Assembly: GCA_028534125.1 (NCBI GenBank)
Contig: CM052816.1
Coordinates: 80,354,001 to 80,418,000, forward strand
Direction: 5' to 3'
Source of the DNA: Lama glama
Lineage: Eukaryota
DNA: 64,000 nt
In this document: piece after piece, positions 25,065 to 36,812 of the stretch
How the letters are laid out: every line of letters starts with the position of its first letter
Numbering within the stretch: position 1 is the first letter of the stretch
Made by a program: the position numbers and the translations under genes
Notes under the pieces: generated by a model
Seen by the model: the letters and a program-made list of their open reading frames with translations, nothing else
The model's database searches: none
Told to the model about the DNA's origin: nothing

Positions 25065-26331
25065 AAAAATCTCTGCTATGCGATGGCGCCTCTATTGAGA
25101 GAGGGTTGTGCTTGTATCCCAAGTTACTCCCTTGAGTGCTGTTGAGTTTCTTGGCCCAAGTGGAAAGCCCTGCTAGTTTCTTTTCCATACACTCAAAGAA
25201 TGTAACTGTTTCTGCCCTCTTGTTCTCGAACTTGGGCTGAGGCCTGGGGTGATGGATCTGAGGAATGAAACCCGCTGGCAGAGCTGTATGGGAAATCTTG
25301 CTCATTGTGACTTCTTGCCTTGTTCCCCGATGCAGAGCTTGAGGGCTCGTGTGCAGAAAACACCCATTTGAGTTGGGAGATGCCCTTGTGTCAGAGTTTG
25401 TTGTTTTCCACCACGGGAGGGAAAGAAATGCTCTGTGTCTCCCCTAACTCCACTCCCAGGCTGAGGAATTCTCTGTGACCCCTGACCTTTGAGGGTTGCC
25501 TGGTAAGACCCGTTCTCACTCAGACATGAGACTTTGGATCTGGGCCTCTGGCTGGCAGGAGATTCCTCTCATCATTAATGCTTTGTGTTATGGGCTCATC
25601 AACATGAGCTTTTTCCCCACCCTCTTTCTCCCTTTTTGTCTTTCTGCTTACTTTTCCATTCATCAGGTTCATCTTGTGAGATCCCAGCTGGATGGACTGC
25701 AAGTGAGAGAGGGAGAATTGAAGAATCAGTACTTCAAAAAGTGCTGATCTTGAATTAGGGACCATCCTCAGGGTCCAGGGATGCTGCAGGAGAAGGAATG
25801 ACCCTCAGCTGTTACGGGAGATGAGAGGCTGGATGTTCTGTTTCTTATCAGGTTAATTATTTGGTTTACGGGTCCACACAAGTGCAGCCTAGAGATGTTA
25901 CTCCTCTCTTCTCTGCAGATTTGACTTTGAACCTCACTCCTGTTTTCACTACAGAGACTGAAGATTAGGTGTCCAGAGTTTCCCACTGGATGTTTACATA
26001 TTAATATTTCTCTTCTTTTGTTGATCCAGCATGAATGGTAGGTCCAGGGAGCTTAAATATCAGCTTTCAGAAAGATCTAGTTCCTTTTAAAAATGTCTCC
26101 ATTGACTGACAGATATTAATAAGGACTTGGAAAAATGAGAAAACAGGAGGCCTGGGTTTTAGGTTTTCTAATTGAAAAACAATGTTTTACTTGGTTGTTG
26201 GAGATGATCCTTCAGCGTGACATGACTGATTTATTTTTAGCTGGACAACCCATGTCAGAGAGACACAGCCAGGTCCGTGGAGACGGCACATTTTTTATAC
26301 GGAGCAATCCCACTGGATTTGGGAGTCTGAG

Positions 26332-26991
26332 TGTTGCCAGTGGATGTAACCCATATTCCAGGTTCTTGTCCCATCCTGGAAAGAATTCAGAGGCAAGAAG
26401 CAGAGGTTAAGAAAGTAAAGTAGGGATTTATTAAGGGATAGATAATACATTCTTCAAGGGGAGAGTGGGTAGGCTCATGTGAGCAGCGGCCCCGAGTTTT
26501 TTTGGCAAGTCTGTTACATAAAGTGTAAAAATGAATGGGCAGAATATTCATTAGGGAGGGAAGGGTCTGGGGTCGTATTTCCTGATTTTCATCCCAGCTC
26601 CACCTTCTCAAAAGGAGGAGGGATTTTCATCCTTATTTACTCTGGATCAGAAGTGTCATGGCATCAGTGCATGATGGGTGCTTCTAATCTGCAAGGCTAA
26701 TTTTATTGAAATAAGGGCATAATTAATGAGCAAAAGGTTACATTCAGATACTGGAGATTCTTGCCTTTTCTCACCTTTCTTTGCTGGCCTCCAGGCTGCT
26801 CATTACCCCAAAAGGTGTGACCACTTAGCCCCAAGGTTCCTGCTTTTCTTTCTCTGCCCAGGGACCCCTGGTGCTTACATGATATATGGTTTCCTTTATT
26901 TGGCCGGTGTCTCTCCTTTTTGCCCAATTCCTGCCATTTGGCCTGCGTCCTCCTTTCTCTGCTTTTATCTAGCTATCTGCCTGCTCTAACA
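26332..26991 (-). mobile_element. ERV1-type solo LTR, 660 bp
   Basis: TGTT...AACA termini; near-TSD tgag/agag; minus-strand AATAAA at ~26427-26432, about 95 nt from the LTR 3' end. Confidence 0.8.
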
Positions 26992-27099
26992 AGAGGAACT
27001 GAGCTCAAATCCTAGCTCAGTATTTACTAACGGTGTGACCTTAGATGGGGTCCTTTGCCTCCTTGGGTCTGTTATTTGTGTAGACTGGGTCCTTGAGGC

Positions 27100-27256
27100 T
27101 AAATGTGTGGCCCATGGACCAGCAGAGTGAGCATCACCTGGGAGTTTGTTAGAAATGCAGATTCTCAGATCCTGCCCCGAGTCTGCTGAGTCAGAACCTA
27201 AGTTTTAACCACATTCGTGTGTGATTTGTAGGTGCATTAAGATTTGACAAGCATTG
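27100..27256. mobile_element. MER5A-type hAT MITE
   Basis: 'ggaccagcagagtgagcatcacctgggagtttgttagaaatgcagattctcag...gagtcagaac'. Confidence 0.85.
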
Positions 27257-28904
27257 GCCCGTCAAACCCAGAGACACGAATTCTATTCGAGTTCAATCTT
27301 TTACATATTACATCCTTTTGGCAAATTGCTCAAATGCCTAATGATGCGTAGAAACAGGGATGAGGAGGGTGCTGCTATTCTAATCAGTGTCGAGTGAGAG
27401 GGCGGAAGAGGAATCTTGGATAATGTGATTCAGAAAAAGACTGAAAAGATGCATGGAACCTTGGGAACCAAATAAGATGGGTTACAGTGGTCAGATGCAC
27501 CCATCGCCATCCTTCGCTGCTCTGCCCTCCGCGGTGCTTTATGTTAGAACCCACGTGCTTGGCTTGGACAGCTCTTACCAGGACAACTTCTGGTGCTTCT
27601 CAGGCTCTTTCATTCTCATCTCTCGGGTGCATGTGCCAAGCAGCAATCTCTGGTTTCCATGCCATCTTCTAAGCTGTTGAGAAGAGGCAAGCTTTCTGGG
27701 CCCCACAAGGTGGGACAGACAATAACAGCTGGTACTGTTCAGACTTCTGTCCCTTTCCCAAAGGGATGGAAACTTGTTGATGCTAAGTTTGGGTTAAGAA
27801 TGAGGAGACCCTGATGTTTATAAATATTCCCTTAAAGAGATTGTGAAAGTTTAGGTAGAAAAGGCAAAGCGAGAATGAGGCTCCCTTCTCAGCTCTGGGA
27901 GGACACTATCCAGGCAGAGAGGGCTACATACATCAGTGTGCTCCACAGACAACAGGGACAGGAGATGTGGCCTCTGTCTTTTGGCCGGGACAACCTTATT
28001 TCTATTAAGGTCTGTATTCTTGACTAAATATGGTGGGGATTTAGAGAAAGTGTGCGTGTGTTTCTCTTTCTACTTGTTAACGCCACAGTTGTTCTATTTG
28101 CCTTCTTCATTGTTTATACCTGGTTATTTGCTTTTAAGGCTTTTCAAATAGTCAGACACTGAAAATCTTCCTCAAACCAACACGTTAAAAAAAACATGAC
28201 CTTCTGCGATTTCCCAGTGGTGTCTGTTGTTGGATTTCCTTATTTCCTTCCTTGAGCTAACCTAGGAGTTCACTTAAGAAGAGTGACTTTCTTACACCAG
28301 TGCTTCCTTCCAGACCCGGCTTCTCTAACTTGCAGACGGCACATTCTCACTACAGTTTCTTCCTGGGTCTGCAGTGAAATTGGCTGGGAGGACAGTAAGC
28401 TAGTCTGAGAAACAGTCATCAGTTACAAAATTTCATACTAAATGATCCCATTTCCTGTCACTGACTCCCCCCGTCCCTTCACCAGTCTGCCCTCCCCTTA
28501 TCACCCACCACCCTGTTTACAGACAGAATTTTCTCTGGAAATTTTCTCCTCACTTGATGTCTGCTTTGACCCTAAGGAATGAGTCACACTGTTTAAAAGT
28601 GTACAGCTTCCAGTCTCTGATGGGTGGTCAGATAGCACCGTCTTCTTTCTAAGCATGCTTCCTTTCTTCGGGCGAGTTTCTCCCCCCCCCCCTTTTTTTT
28701 AAGTTTGCAACCAAATTTCTCTTTTTCCCATCCTCCAACATTCTTAGCTTATCTCCAATGCCCAATTTTTCCCCCCTGGTTGTGGATTTTCTGGGTTTTC
28801 TCTGTGGCTTTCCTTTCTCTTTATTGCTCTTGCTGAGTTTTAGTTATTTTTGCAACTTTTTAAAAGCGCATCTGCAGAAGGAACATGTGAGGTTGAGCTG
28901 TTAG

Positions 28905-29095
28905 TTAAATAAAACATTTAACTTATAAAACCTATATATATATATTTAACTTTGAAAATAATTTATATATTTTATGTGTCTATATTATATATATAATTTT
29001 AAATATAATTTATAATATAATTTATATTTAGCTCATGTAACTGATGAATTTACATAAGTTATAATTATTTAACTTCTGTAATTTACATAAGTTTT
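28905..29095. repeat. AT-rich low-complexity (TA)n-derived tract
   Basis: Degenerate TA/TAAT repeats; aatttacataagtt occurs twice (29048, 29080). Confidence 0.8.
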
Positions 29096-29206
29096 TTACC
29101 TCTTTTCAACCTCTACATAGCTTGATAGGGAAAGAACATTGGAAGTGAGCTGCTCATAGCAGAGCTTCCAGACAGATTGGTGTTTATGGCAGATAGAGGA
29201 GCAGAT

Positions 29207-29215
29207 TGTGTGTGT

Positions 29216-29246
<31 letters not shown>

Positions 29247-29256
29247 AGTGTGTGTA
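29207..29256. repeat. Interrupted (GT)n microsatellite
   Basis: GT run with two GA interruptions. Confidence 0.95.
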
Positions 29257-29924
29257 TCAGGAGTGGGAGAAAGGAGGAAAACAGACAGAATATGTCCACA
29301 GAAAGGGATTTTTATCTATGCTCTAGTTCCAAAGAAATGGATGAATTCACAGCCACAGTTGAAGATGTAAAACATCCTTGACCATCATTTTTTTGAAATT
29401 GCGCTGGAGCAGGGGGCACATCTGAACTTGGAGGATGGAGGGGAGACACCCGTCCGGTTTCCCTCCTGACTGGGTGCTCTTTTCTCTCTGGAAGGTTGTG
29501 ATGGCATTTGCCTTGACAAATGAACAGGAAAGGATTTGAGATCTACTGATAAGTGCTTCACATCCTTCCTCTGGAAAGGATTCACTCTTTTACTAGTTAG
29601 TTCTGTTTCCATTCAACTGTTTAATAAAGAGATGCAAGTTTGATAAGTGGGCTTTTCTTCCCTTTTAATTCAATCTTTAGTCCAGACCACTGTGATTTAG
29701 GTTTCAGAAGAGTATTTTATTAATCAAAAGCATTGGACTTGGCGTTGAGAAACCTGCACTTTATGTCTGACTGCTCCTGGCTCGCGGGAGCTGTAAGGCA
29801 ATTCCCTTAATGCCTCAAGGTCCCAGATTCCGCATCTGCGAAATGAACAGTTTCCAAGATCTCATCGAACTCGGGACCTCTGACCACTGTGACCTGCCTG
29901 TGGCCAACGCACTTACCATCACTA

Positions 29925-30185
29925 TATCCATCGATGAGCATTTGGGTTATTTCCGTGTTTTGGCTTTTGTGAATAATGCTGCAGTGATTGTGGAAGTGCA
30001 GGTATCTCTGTGAGATCCTGACTTCACTTCTGTTGGTTATCTACCCAGAAGTGGGCTCGCTGGATCCTATGGTGGTTCTATGTTTAATTTTTAGAGGAAT
30101 GTACGTGCTATTTTCCAAAGCAGTGGCACGGTTTCATATTCCCACCAACAATGTATAAGGGTTCCAGTGTCTCTACATTCCAATT
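29925..30185 (-). mobile_element. L1 fragment
   Basis: 'ttttgtgaataatgctgcagtga...acccagaagtggg...ggatcctatggtggttctatgtttaatttttagagg...ttcccaccaacaatgtataagggttcc'. Confidence 0.8.
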
Positions 30186-32847
30186 AGTGTGACTGAAATG
30201 TCTAACGAGCATGCAGCAAAATTCTGACCTGAAACATGGTTAGTCTACAACCCTCCCCCCATGTGAATTAGCCAATAAAGGACCCTTGAGGTTTGAGATT
30301 AAAAATCTCTGCTAATCAGTAGCTCACATGTTCTGTGTTAGCAGGCTCCACTCTGACTTACTCTATCCTCACCAGCACCCTGGGAAGTAGGTGTTACCCC
30401 ACCTCCCATTTATAGGCAAGGAAACGGAGGCGGAAATAAGTTGAATGACTTTCTAAAGGGACTCTCACCCTTTGGGAGGAGGTTGAAGAGGCTGACCTCC
30501 TGTTCCTGTGGTCTTCATCTCAACACTGTTCTGCTTTTTAGTTTTTTTTAAACCAGAGAAGGGTCAGGTTTGAAAAGCCCTGTTTTAGGAGCTTCGCTTT
30601 AGAAATGAAGGAACTGCAATCAAGAGAGGCCGGACTCAGCGTTGAGGCAGCACCCCAGGTGAACGTCAGAGCCGGGGCTTGCTTTTCAGTCAGAAGGAGA
30701 GGCAGTTACCGTCAGTGTGCCCTCCTTTCCAAGTGTTTTAGTCAGTCCTCTAGCGTAGGGACGCGTCTTCTCTTAGGAAATGACTTCCTGTTCGCTCCTT
30801 TTTCCTCCCCCACACACTTGGGTCCCTTCATCCCCTCCCCCATCCAACCTTCCCCTGCTGCTTGCTTTCTCCCTCTCCCCTCTCCCAGCTACTTCTGCTC
30901 CTCTCATACCTCTGTTCTCCACAATTCTCTTTGCCTGCATTCTGCTTTCCTTTCTTCTCTCACCTTCTCCTCTAATCCTGTCAGTTTCTACTGAAATGCA
31001 TTTTCTTTTTTGTCCTTTTACTCCATTGAGTCCGGCTGATGGGGTATAAGAAACTATGTAACTGACACGGTTCTTGTGATTGACCATCTTTAGTCCTTTA
31101 GACTCTGGAAAGATGCCCCCATTGCTTCATATTTTCTGAATATGTGTAGTCTTGGCTCATCATGGAAGTCTAGACACCCGTGTGAGTCCACATGAGGCCT
31201 TGGGGGATTTCTGTGCAAGCATTTCTGTGGTGATGCTGCAGAGAGTAATTAAAATGCCATGTGATTCCTTATGACAGTTCTTACTTTTAAAAAATGAGAG
31301 AGATGTTAAGCTGAACCACACATCCTGATCTAATTTAATTGTGACATTTCAGTGTTCTCAGTAAATGATAGTTTTTGTATCATACTCTCTATTGTGTACA
31401 ACTTTTTAAATTTCTTTAAGGTTTCTGAGAGTCAGGTCTTGCTCGGTAGGAAATGTGTTTCTCTGGTAAAAAGTTTTAAGTGGGGTGTCTTTCAATAATG
31501 AATTCTCAGCAGTGGTCCGATTGTAGGAAGAGTGTGCTGACAATGCAGTGATTGAATGCAGTTCGTCGCTGTCATTGCTCTGTCTCCTTTATCAAATTCC
31601 CATATTCACAAACTGATCATACCCTGCAAGGAGCACCAAGCAGGAAGGAGCCACTGCAGGTCCTGGGAAGATAATGGGAAGTGCTCATCCCGGAGCTTAG
31701 GAATTCCGTTCAGCTGGAAACAGACAGTCCCTGCCCTGCAGGGTCAGATTCCTGCAAGAAATGGATGTTTTTCAAGAATTTCTGGTAGGCCCAAGTGGTC
31801 AGTTGTCAAAGGTAAATTTTTTTTTGGTGGGTGCAGCGAGCAGAGCTCTTATGATGACTTGCTTCTAATACATATTTGGCCTAATGCAAGGGAACTCTGA
31901 TCTCCCCTCCCTTGTCCATCACCGCATCTAGTCCATCCTTGTCCCTGTTGATTCTGGCTCTAAAATGTAGTTCAAGTCCTTCTCTTCTCCTCATGTCCAC
32001 TCTCGCTCTAGTCCGCCCCCACCCCCAACCCCACCTGGTCTCAGTACCTCTCTCTGATTCATTCTGCACAGAGCAGCTAGGTTGCTGGGTCCTGCCTTGT
32101 GCACTTCAGCCCCTCTGGTTCTTGGGCTGGGATTCCGGGTGTTGCAGAGGCTGAGCATGACCTCTCTCTGTGGGCTCTGGCCTGTTCATTCCGCATGCTG
32201 CTCCTCAGGGCTCCAGCACCCTGCCTGCCTTCGATGTTTCAGGATGCCTCAAGCGCCTTCCCACCCCAGACCTGTGCGCAGGCTGCTGTCTTTGGCCAGA
32301 ACGTTCTTTACTTGCATCGTGTTCCTTCTGGCCCTTCAGTCCTTCACCTACTTACCTCCTTCTCTGATAGTCAGCCGAGCACTGCTTCAGCTTATTGTTT
32401 GCCACTCTTTCCACGTTGCTTTATTTCCCAGATTACATTCTGTGCTTCTGTCTTGCCTTAAATCCATCATCTGCATCTCCCCCACTACTAGAATGGAAGT
32501 TCGCCCAAGACCAGAGGATTCCTTGTCTTGTTCACTCATGTTCTCCGTTATATCCTTAATATCTAGCGAATGTTAAAGATCTGTTGAATGGATGAATTTG
32601 TTTCTAGTCTCATGGGTTGTCTGGCTTCTATGCTCTCCTCCCAGAAGTTAAAAGTGCCACCCTACTTGGGTTTTCTCATTTTAAAAGAGGATGTTTGCAG
32701 AAGGCTGGCACCAATGCAGGGAGTAAATCGCCCATTGGAGACTGTCAGGGTTTATGGGAGGGCCGTTTTCCGGGCGTGGAGAGGCTGCCTGACTGTTTTT
32801 AAGCCGTTTCAAATTGGTACCACCTGCTCCTCCAGGCTGAGGAGCAG

Positions 32848-33973
32848 ATGCCTCCTTAAAAATACACATTTAGGTCACAAGTAAAAGGCGGAGGCCTTGC
32901 ACAGGAAGACCAGATTATCTCCAACCTACCTACTGTCCTTGGGACAGACAAGTCCTCTTGGGGCTGGTGAACACCCTTCTCCCTCCACCCAGCCAAACCA
33001 CAGCAGGCGTGGTTTCCAGATTCTGCACTCACATTCACTCAGCTTTCTCAGTGAATGGCTTTGTGATAACTTAATGTGCGGAGGATGTAGATTTCAGGAA
33101 GACACAAACAAAACCAGGAATGTTTACATCTGTACTGAGCTTCTGCAGCACGTGTCTGGCATTTGGGTTTCAGCCTAGGCTGCCTAGATAGACGACAGAT
33201 AGATGATAGGTAGATAGGGGAAGGATCTTGTCCTCCTCAGCTTGATCATAAATTCTGTACAGGCAGGGGGACAATCTTATACTGCTCTGTATTCTCCAAT
33301 CCTGAGAATGTTGCACAGATTTAATTTCTCCAAGCCTCAGTTATCTCAGTTCGAAAATGGGGATAACAATACTGATTTTGCAGAATTAATATAAGGACTA
33401 AGGATAAGCCCTTACCTGGCTCTGTAGGTTCTCAGCAAGTGATGCTAACGTGGGGGCAGGCTGCATGGTCTTCTTTCATTATACAACAGATACTCATTGT
33501 GGACCGCACCGGAGACCTGCCTTTGTGGCACTTACGGTCCTGAGTGCATATGAATGGTCGCTCTGGAGATAGACTTGGGTTCTGATCTTGGCTCAGCTGC
33601 TTATTAACTGTGCAGCTTTGGACAAGTAATTTCTCTGAGTCTCATTTTCCTTGTTTGTGAAAAATAGGTTGTCCTGGAAATTAAAAGGATAGTATTTGAA
33701 AAATGTTTTGTACCATTCATGGCTTACCGAGAGTGCTGAAGAGATGGTGATTGATTTATTTTCCACCGATACTCCTGTGGCTGGTGCTGCCACAAGGGTA
33801 GATGCTTAGTCTGCTGCTTCCCTGCTTCCCACTCCACCTCTTGCCCACCACGTGCCACCTGGGACTTGTCTGTCCCAAGAATATTAGGTAGGTTGGAGTT
33901 AATCTGATCTTCCTGTGTAAGTAAGGCCTCCGCCTTTTACTTGTGACCTAAATTTGTATTTTTAAGGAGGCAT
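32848..33973. repeat. Long inverted repeat: arms 32848-32955 and 33862-33973, 906-bp spacer
   Basis: Manual alignment of arm 1 with the reverse complement of arm 2 gives 7 mismatches in 108 positions plus one 4-nt indel. Confidence 0.95.
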
Positions 33974-34097
33974 TTGAAAGCAGATTTCTTGGCCAAGAGC
34001 AGCATGTGCGTATGCACGTTGGAACACAGAGTCCTAATTCCTCCGAGGAACTGGTGACATCTGTCCTAAATTCTTATCTACCCAGGGAACTTGGGTG

Positions 34098-34101
<4 letters not shown>

Positions 34102-34142
<41 letters not shown>
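34102..34142. repeat. (GT)n microsatellite
   Basis: Pure GT run of about 20 units. Confidence 0.95.
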
Positions 34143-34143
<1 letters not shown>

Positions 34144-35560
34144 TTACGAGGGGTTGCTCTGACCTTGGCAGTTGGGCTTTGACCTTGGCGGTTGGGCTGT
34201 GCCCTTCTGACTCCTCCGGTGGACTTTCGTGGAGAAGGGCAGGCCCCTGGCCCTCTGGAATGTGAGCTCGGAGTTCACAGGCAGCCGTAGGTTCCTGAGT
34301 GAGGAGTAAGTCATTCCCTGACACATACCGGGCAGTCAGCTTATTGTTAAGTAGGTGGCTTTGCAGGAAAGCCTTTCTGTTTCTCTAGAATGCTAAGAAC
34401 TTGTTTTAAAAATAACTTCTGTTGTTTTTTTCTAAATATAAAAGTAACACATGTTGTTGTAGAATATTTGAAATATTCATAAAAATACTAAAGAGAAAAA
34501 TGAAATTCACCCCTCCGGCCACCACTTTTGAGTTCAAGTCCAATGAAGCCAGTTTGCATAGCAACCTATGAACTGAGAAGCCAGGCCTGCTCTGTGGCCT
34601 GAGGCATCCTCGGAACTTTTTGAAACAGAGTTATTTTGACCAGAAATTTTATTTCCTCTCTTCCTCCATCACACCCCTACCTTTGTTATTCATGTGTATC
34701 ATTTCAGCGTAATTCCTGTGGCCCTCAAAAAATTATGAGGATGACTCACACATTTTACTTTTATTTGTAGTGACTTATTCATAGCTATTGGACTCCTGGA
34801 AGATCTCCTATTACAGAGAAACAAGTATGTTCTTGGAATCTGTCATAATAAGAGGAGAGCATTGACTGAAGCTAAAAAAAAGAAGAGAAAGTTCTCCAAA
34901 GGATGGGGAAATAAGCAAGTGGCCTTTTTCTCCTTCACTTTTTGATGCAGGCCAATTTTTCAGTCCTGTCGCTGCCTCCCACGGTTGTCTCTAATGCGTG
35001 TGTGAGAGTCAGACAGAGTGAGCCTTCTATTTATATTGATATAAATGGAGACAAAGTATGGGTTATATTTAAAGAAGGGGAAATTCGGCTCTTTTGTAAA
35101 CAGTCATTCCAAATAAGCAGACATGGTGTCATTGTCCCCAAATGAGACTATACCAAGGGGAACCCCCCCCATCTCTCCAGTGCTGAGTGGAATTTCTCTT
35201 TCTGAGCAAGCACCGTACCAAGTGGGAGAAACTATACACATTGTATGTCTTGTGAAGTGTTTAATGCTTAACACATTTGTCTGCGTATCAGCTGAATGGA
35301 ACTCAGTTGAAACAAGAAGAGGAGATTTCACTGTGTGTTTGTGAAAATTTCAACTCACTGATTATTTTTGGTTTTTACATGGGAACTTGGCATATATGTA
35401 CAGTGCTCTCTCCCATAGGTTCCCCCCCCCCCCACAAAGTGTTCATTTACTTCTTAGGTCACTCTCTTTGCAAAAGAGGTAGGCAGGAACCTCATGCAGT
35501 GCAGATGAGGAACCAGAGGTAGGGAAAGCCTCTGGATTTTGATGAAGCTTTCTTTTAGTC

Positions 35561-35599
35561 ATTTCTAAGTTGTACGAGTCAGTGGTACAACTTAGAAAT
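35561..35599. repeat. Perfect 15-bp-stem inverted repeat with 9-nt loop
   Basis: atttctaagttgtac-gagtcagtg-gtacaacttagaaat. Confidence 0.95.
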
Positions 35600-36464
35600 T
35601 AATAAAAATCCCATTTCCTATTTAATTACTCCAAACACCAGTCTACACACCCTCCCACAGACTTCCAGATTTTGCCTTTAGAAAGTAAATGGCTGATACT
35701 GTTTCCCCTTCTTCCATTTGAAGCTTTCCTGGTAATTTTAGCAGCAGGTTCCGAATGGTGGTCTTGGTGATTGCCTGAACTGTGAATCTGAAACCCATGG
35801 AAATCATGGCATTGTGCAGAAGGGGAGGAACTGTGCTTGGTACCCGCTCCCCTGCAGGGATCCTGTGAATCCCGTCTCCTGAGGAAACACTCCTTGTCTT
35901 ATTATTCCTGCCAGGCCTCTCCCTGGGTGTCAGGAGGACCTGTCTACTTCTAGCTCCTGCAGTGGCCTTGGCCGTGGGGCAGGGCTTTTGTGACTGTCTC
36001 TGCCACCTGGAGTTTTCATTGTGGGGAGCTATTCATTTGCCATGGCAATATATTTTGTTCCCTGTGAAGGCAGGCTGGCTTGTAATTGGGAAAGTAGCCA
36101 GATTAGAAAGAAGATAATGAGGGTACCAGCTTAATTTGCACCTGTCATTCTGTTGCTAATTACGCAGTACCGTAATTGCAGATGGAGGCAAGCTCTTGGC
36201 TTGAAAGTGCAGTCTCCTGTGTGGTTTGGGAAGTAAGAAGTCATCTAGGATGAGGACCAACCAAAAGATGGAAATGGCCCTTTGTCTGAAACCAGTGATG
36301 TGCCTCTTGCACTTGGTTACTTAAGATGCAGTAAGTCAAGCAAAATATTTGCCTTTAGCAGCTAGACTGCGATGTGGGCTAATTAGTGAGGGATCTTTCA
36401 CAGGGGCTCTTAACTTAAGGTCACTGTTTATTTTTGTTGGACAGATAAACTACCATTATTGAAG

Positions 36465-36700
36465 AGGCAATGTAACAGAGTGGTTTTGGTGATGGATGGT
36501 GAAGCCAGAGTGCCTGGATTGGAATCCCAGTTCTGTCCCCTTCTCATTGTATGATCTTACACAAGATACTCGCTCTCTATCTGCCTGGATAGATGGGGAT
36601 ATAAGCAGTTGCTATTTTACAGGTTGCAGATTCAATGAGTTAACATTTGACATGTGCTTAGAAGAGTGTCTTGAATGTCACAAATATTATCTATGTTTTC
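36465..36700 (+). mobile_element. MIR SINE
   Basis: 'gaagccagagtgcctggattggaatcccagttctg...gatggggatataagcagttgctattttacagg...aatgagttaaca'. Confidence 0.7.
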
Positions 36701-36759
36701 TTCTATTACTGTTGCAATTATTTATTTTTTTCCATTCAGATTCTGGGTGTGTTCTGAGT

Positions 36760-36812
36760 TGTGTGTGTGTGTGCGTGTGTGTGTGTGTGTGTGCGCGCGC
36801 GCACACATGTAC
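36760..36812. repeat. (GT)n(GC)n(AC)n alternating purine-pyrimidine tract
   Basis: gtgtgtgtgtgtgcgtgt...gtgcgcgcgcgcacacatgtac. Confidence 0.9.

Noticed and set aside
30299..30314. Third copy of ttaaaaatctctgcta, matching the TSD of the L1 at 24.4-25.1 kb
   Set aside because: One AT-rich 16-mer match in 64 kb is expected at roughly chance level, and the similarity does not extend.
31556..33178. Cluster of 60-164 aa ORFs
   Set aside because: They mostly overlap pyrimidine-rich L2-like or low-complexity sequence, mostly have non-ATG starts, and show no domain-like content or exon-like splice structure.
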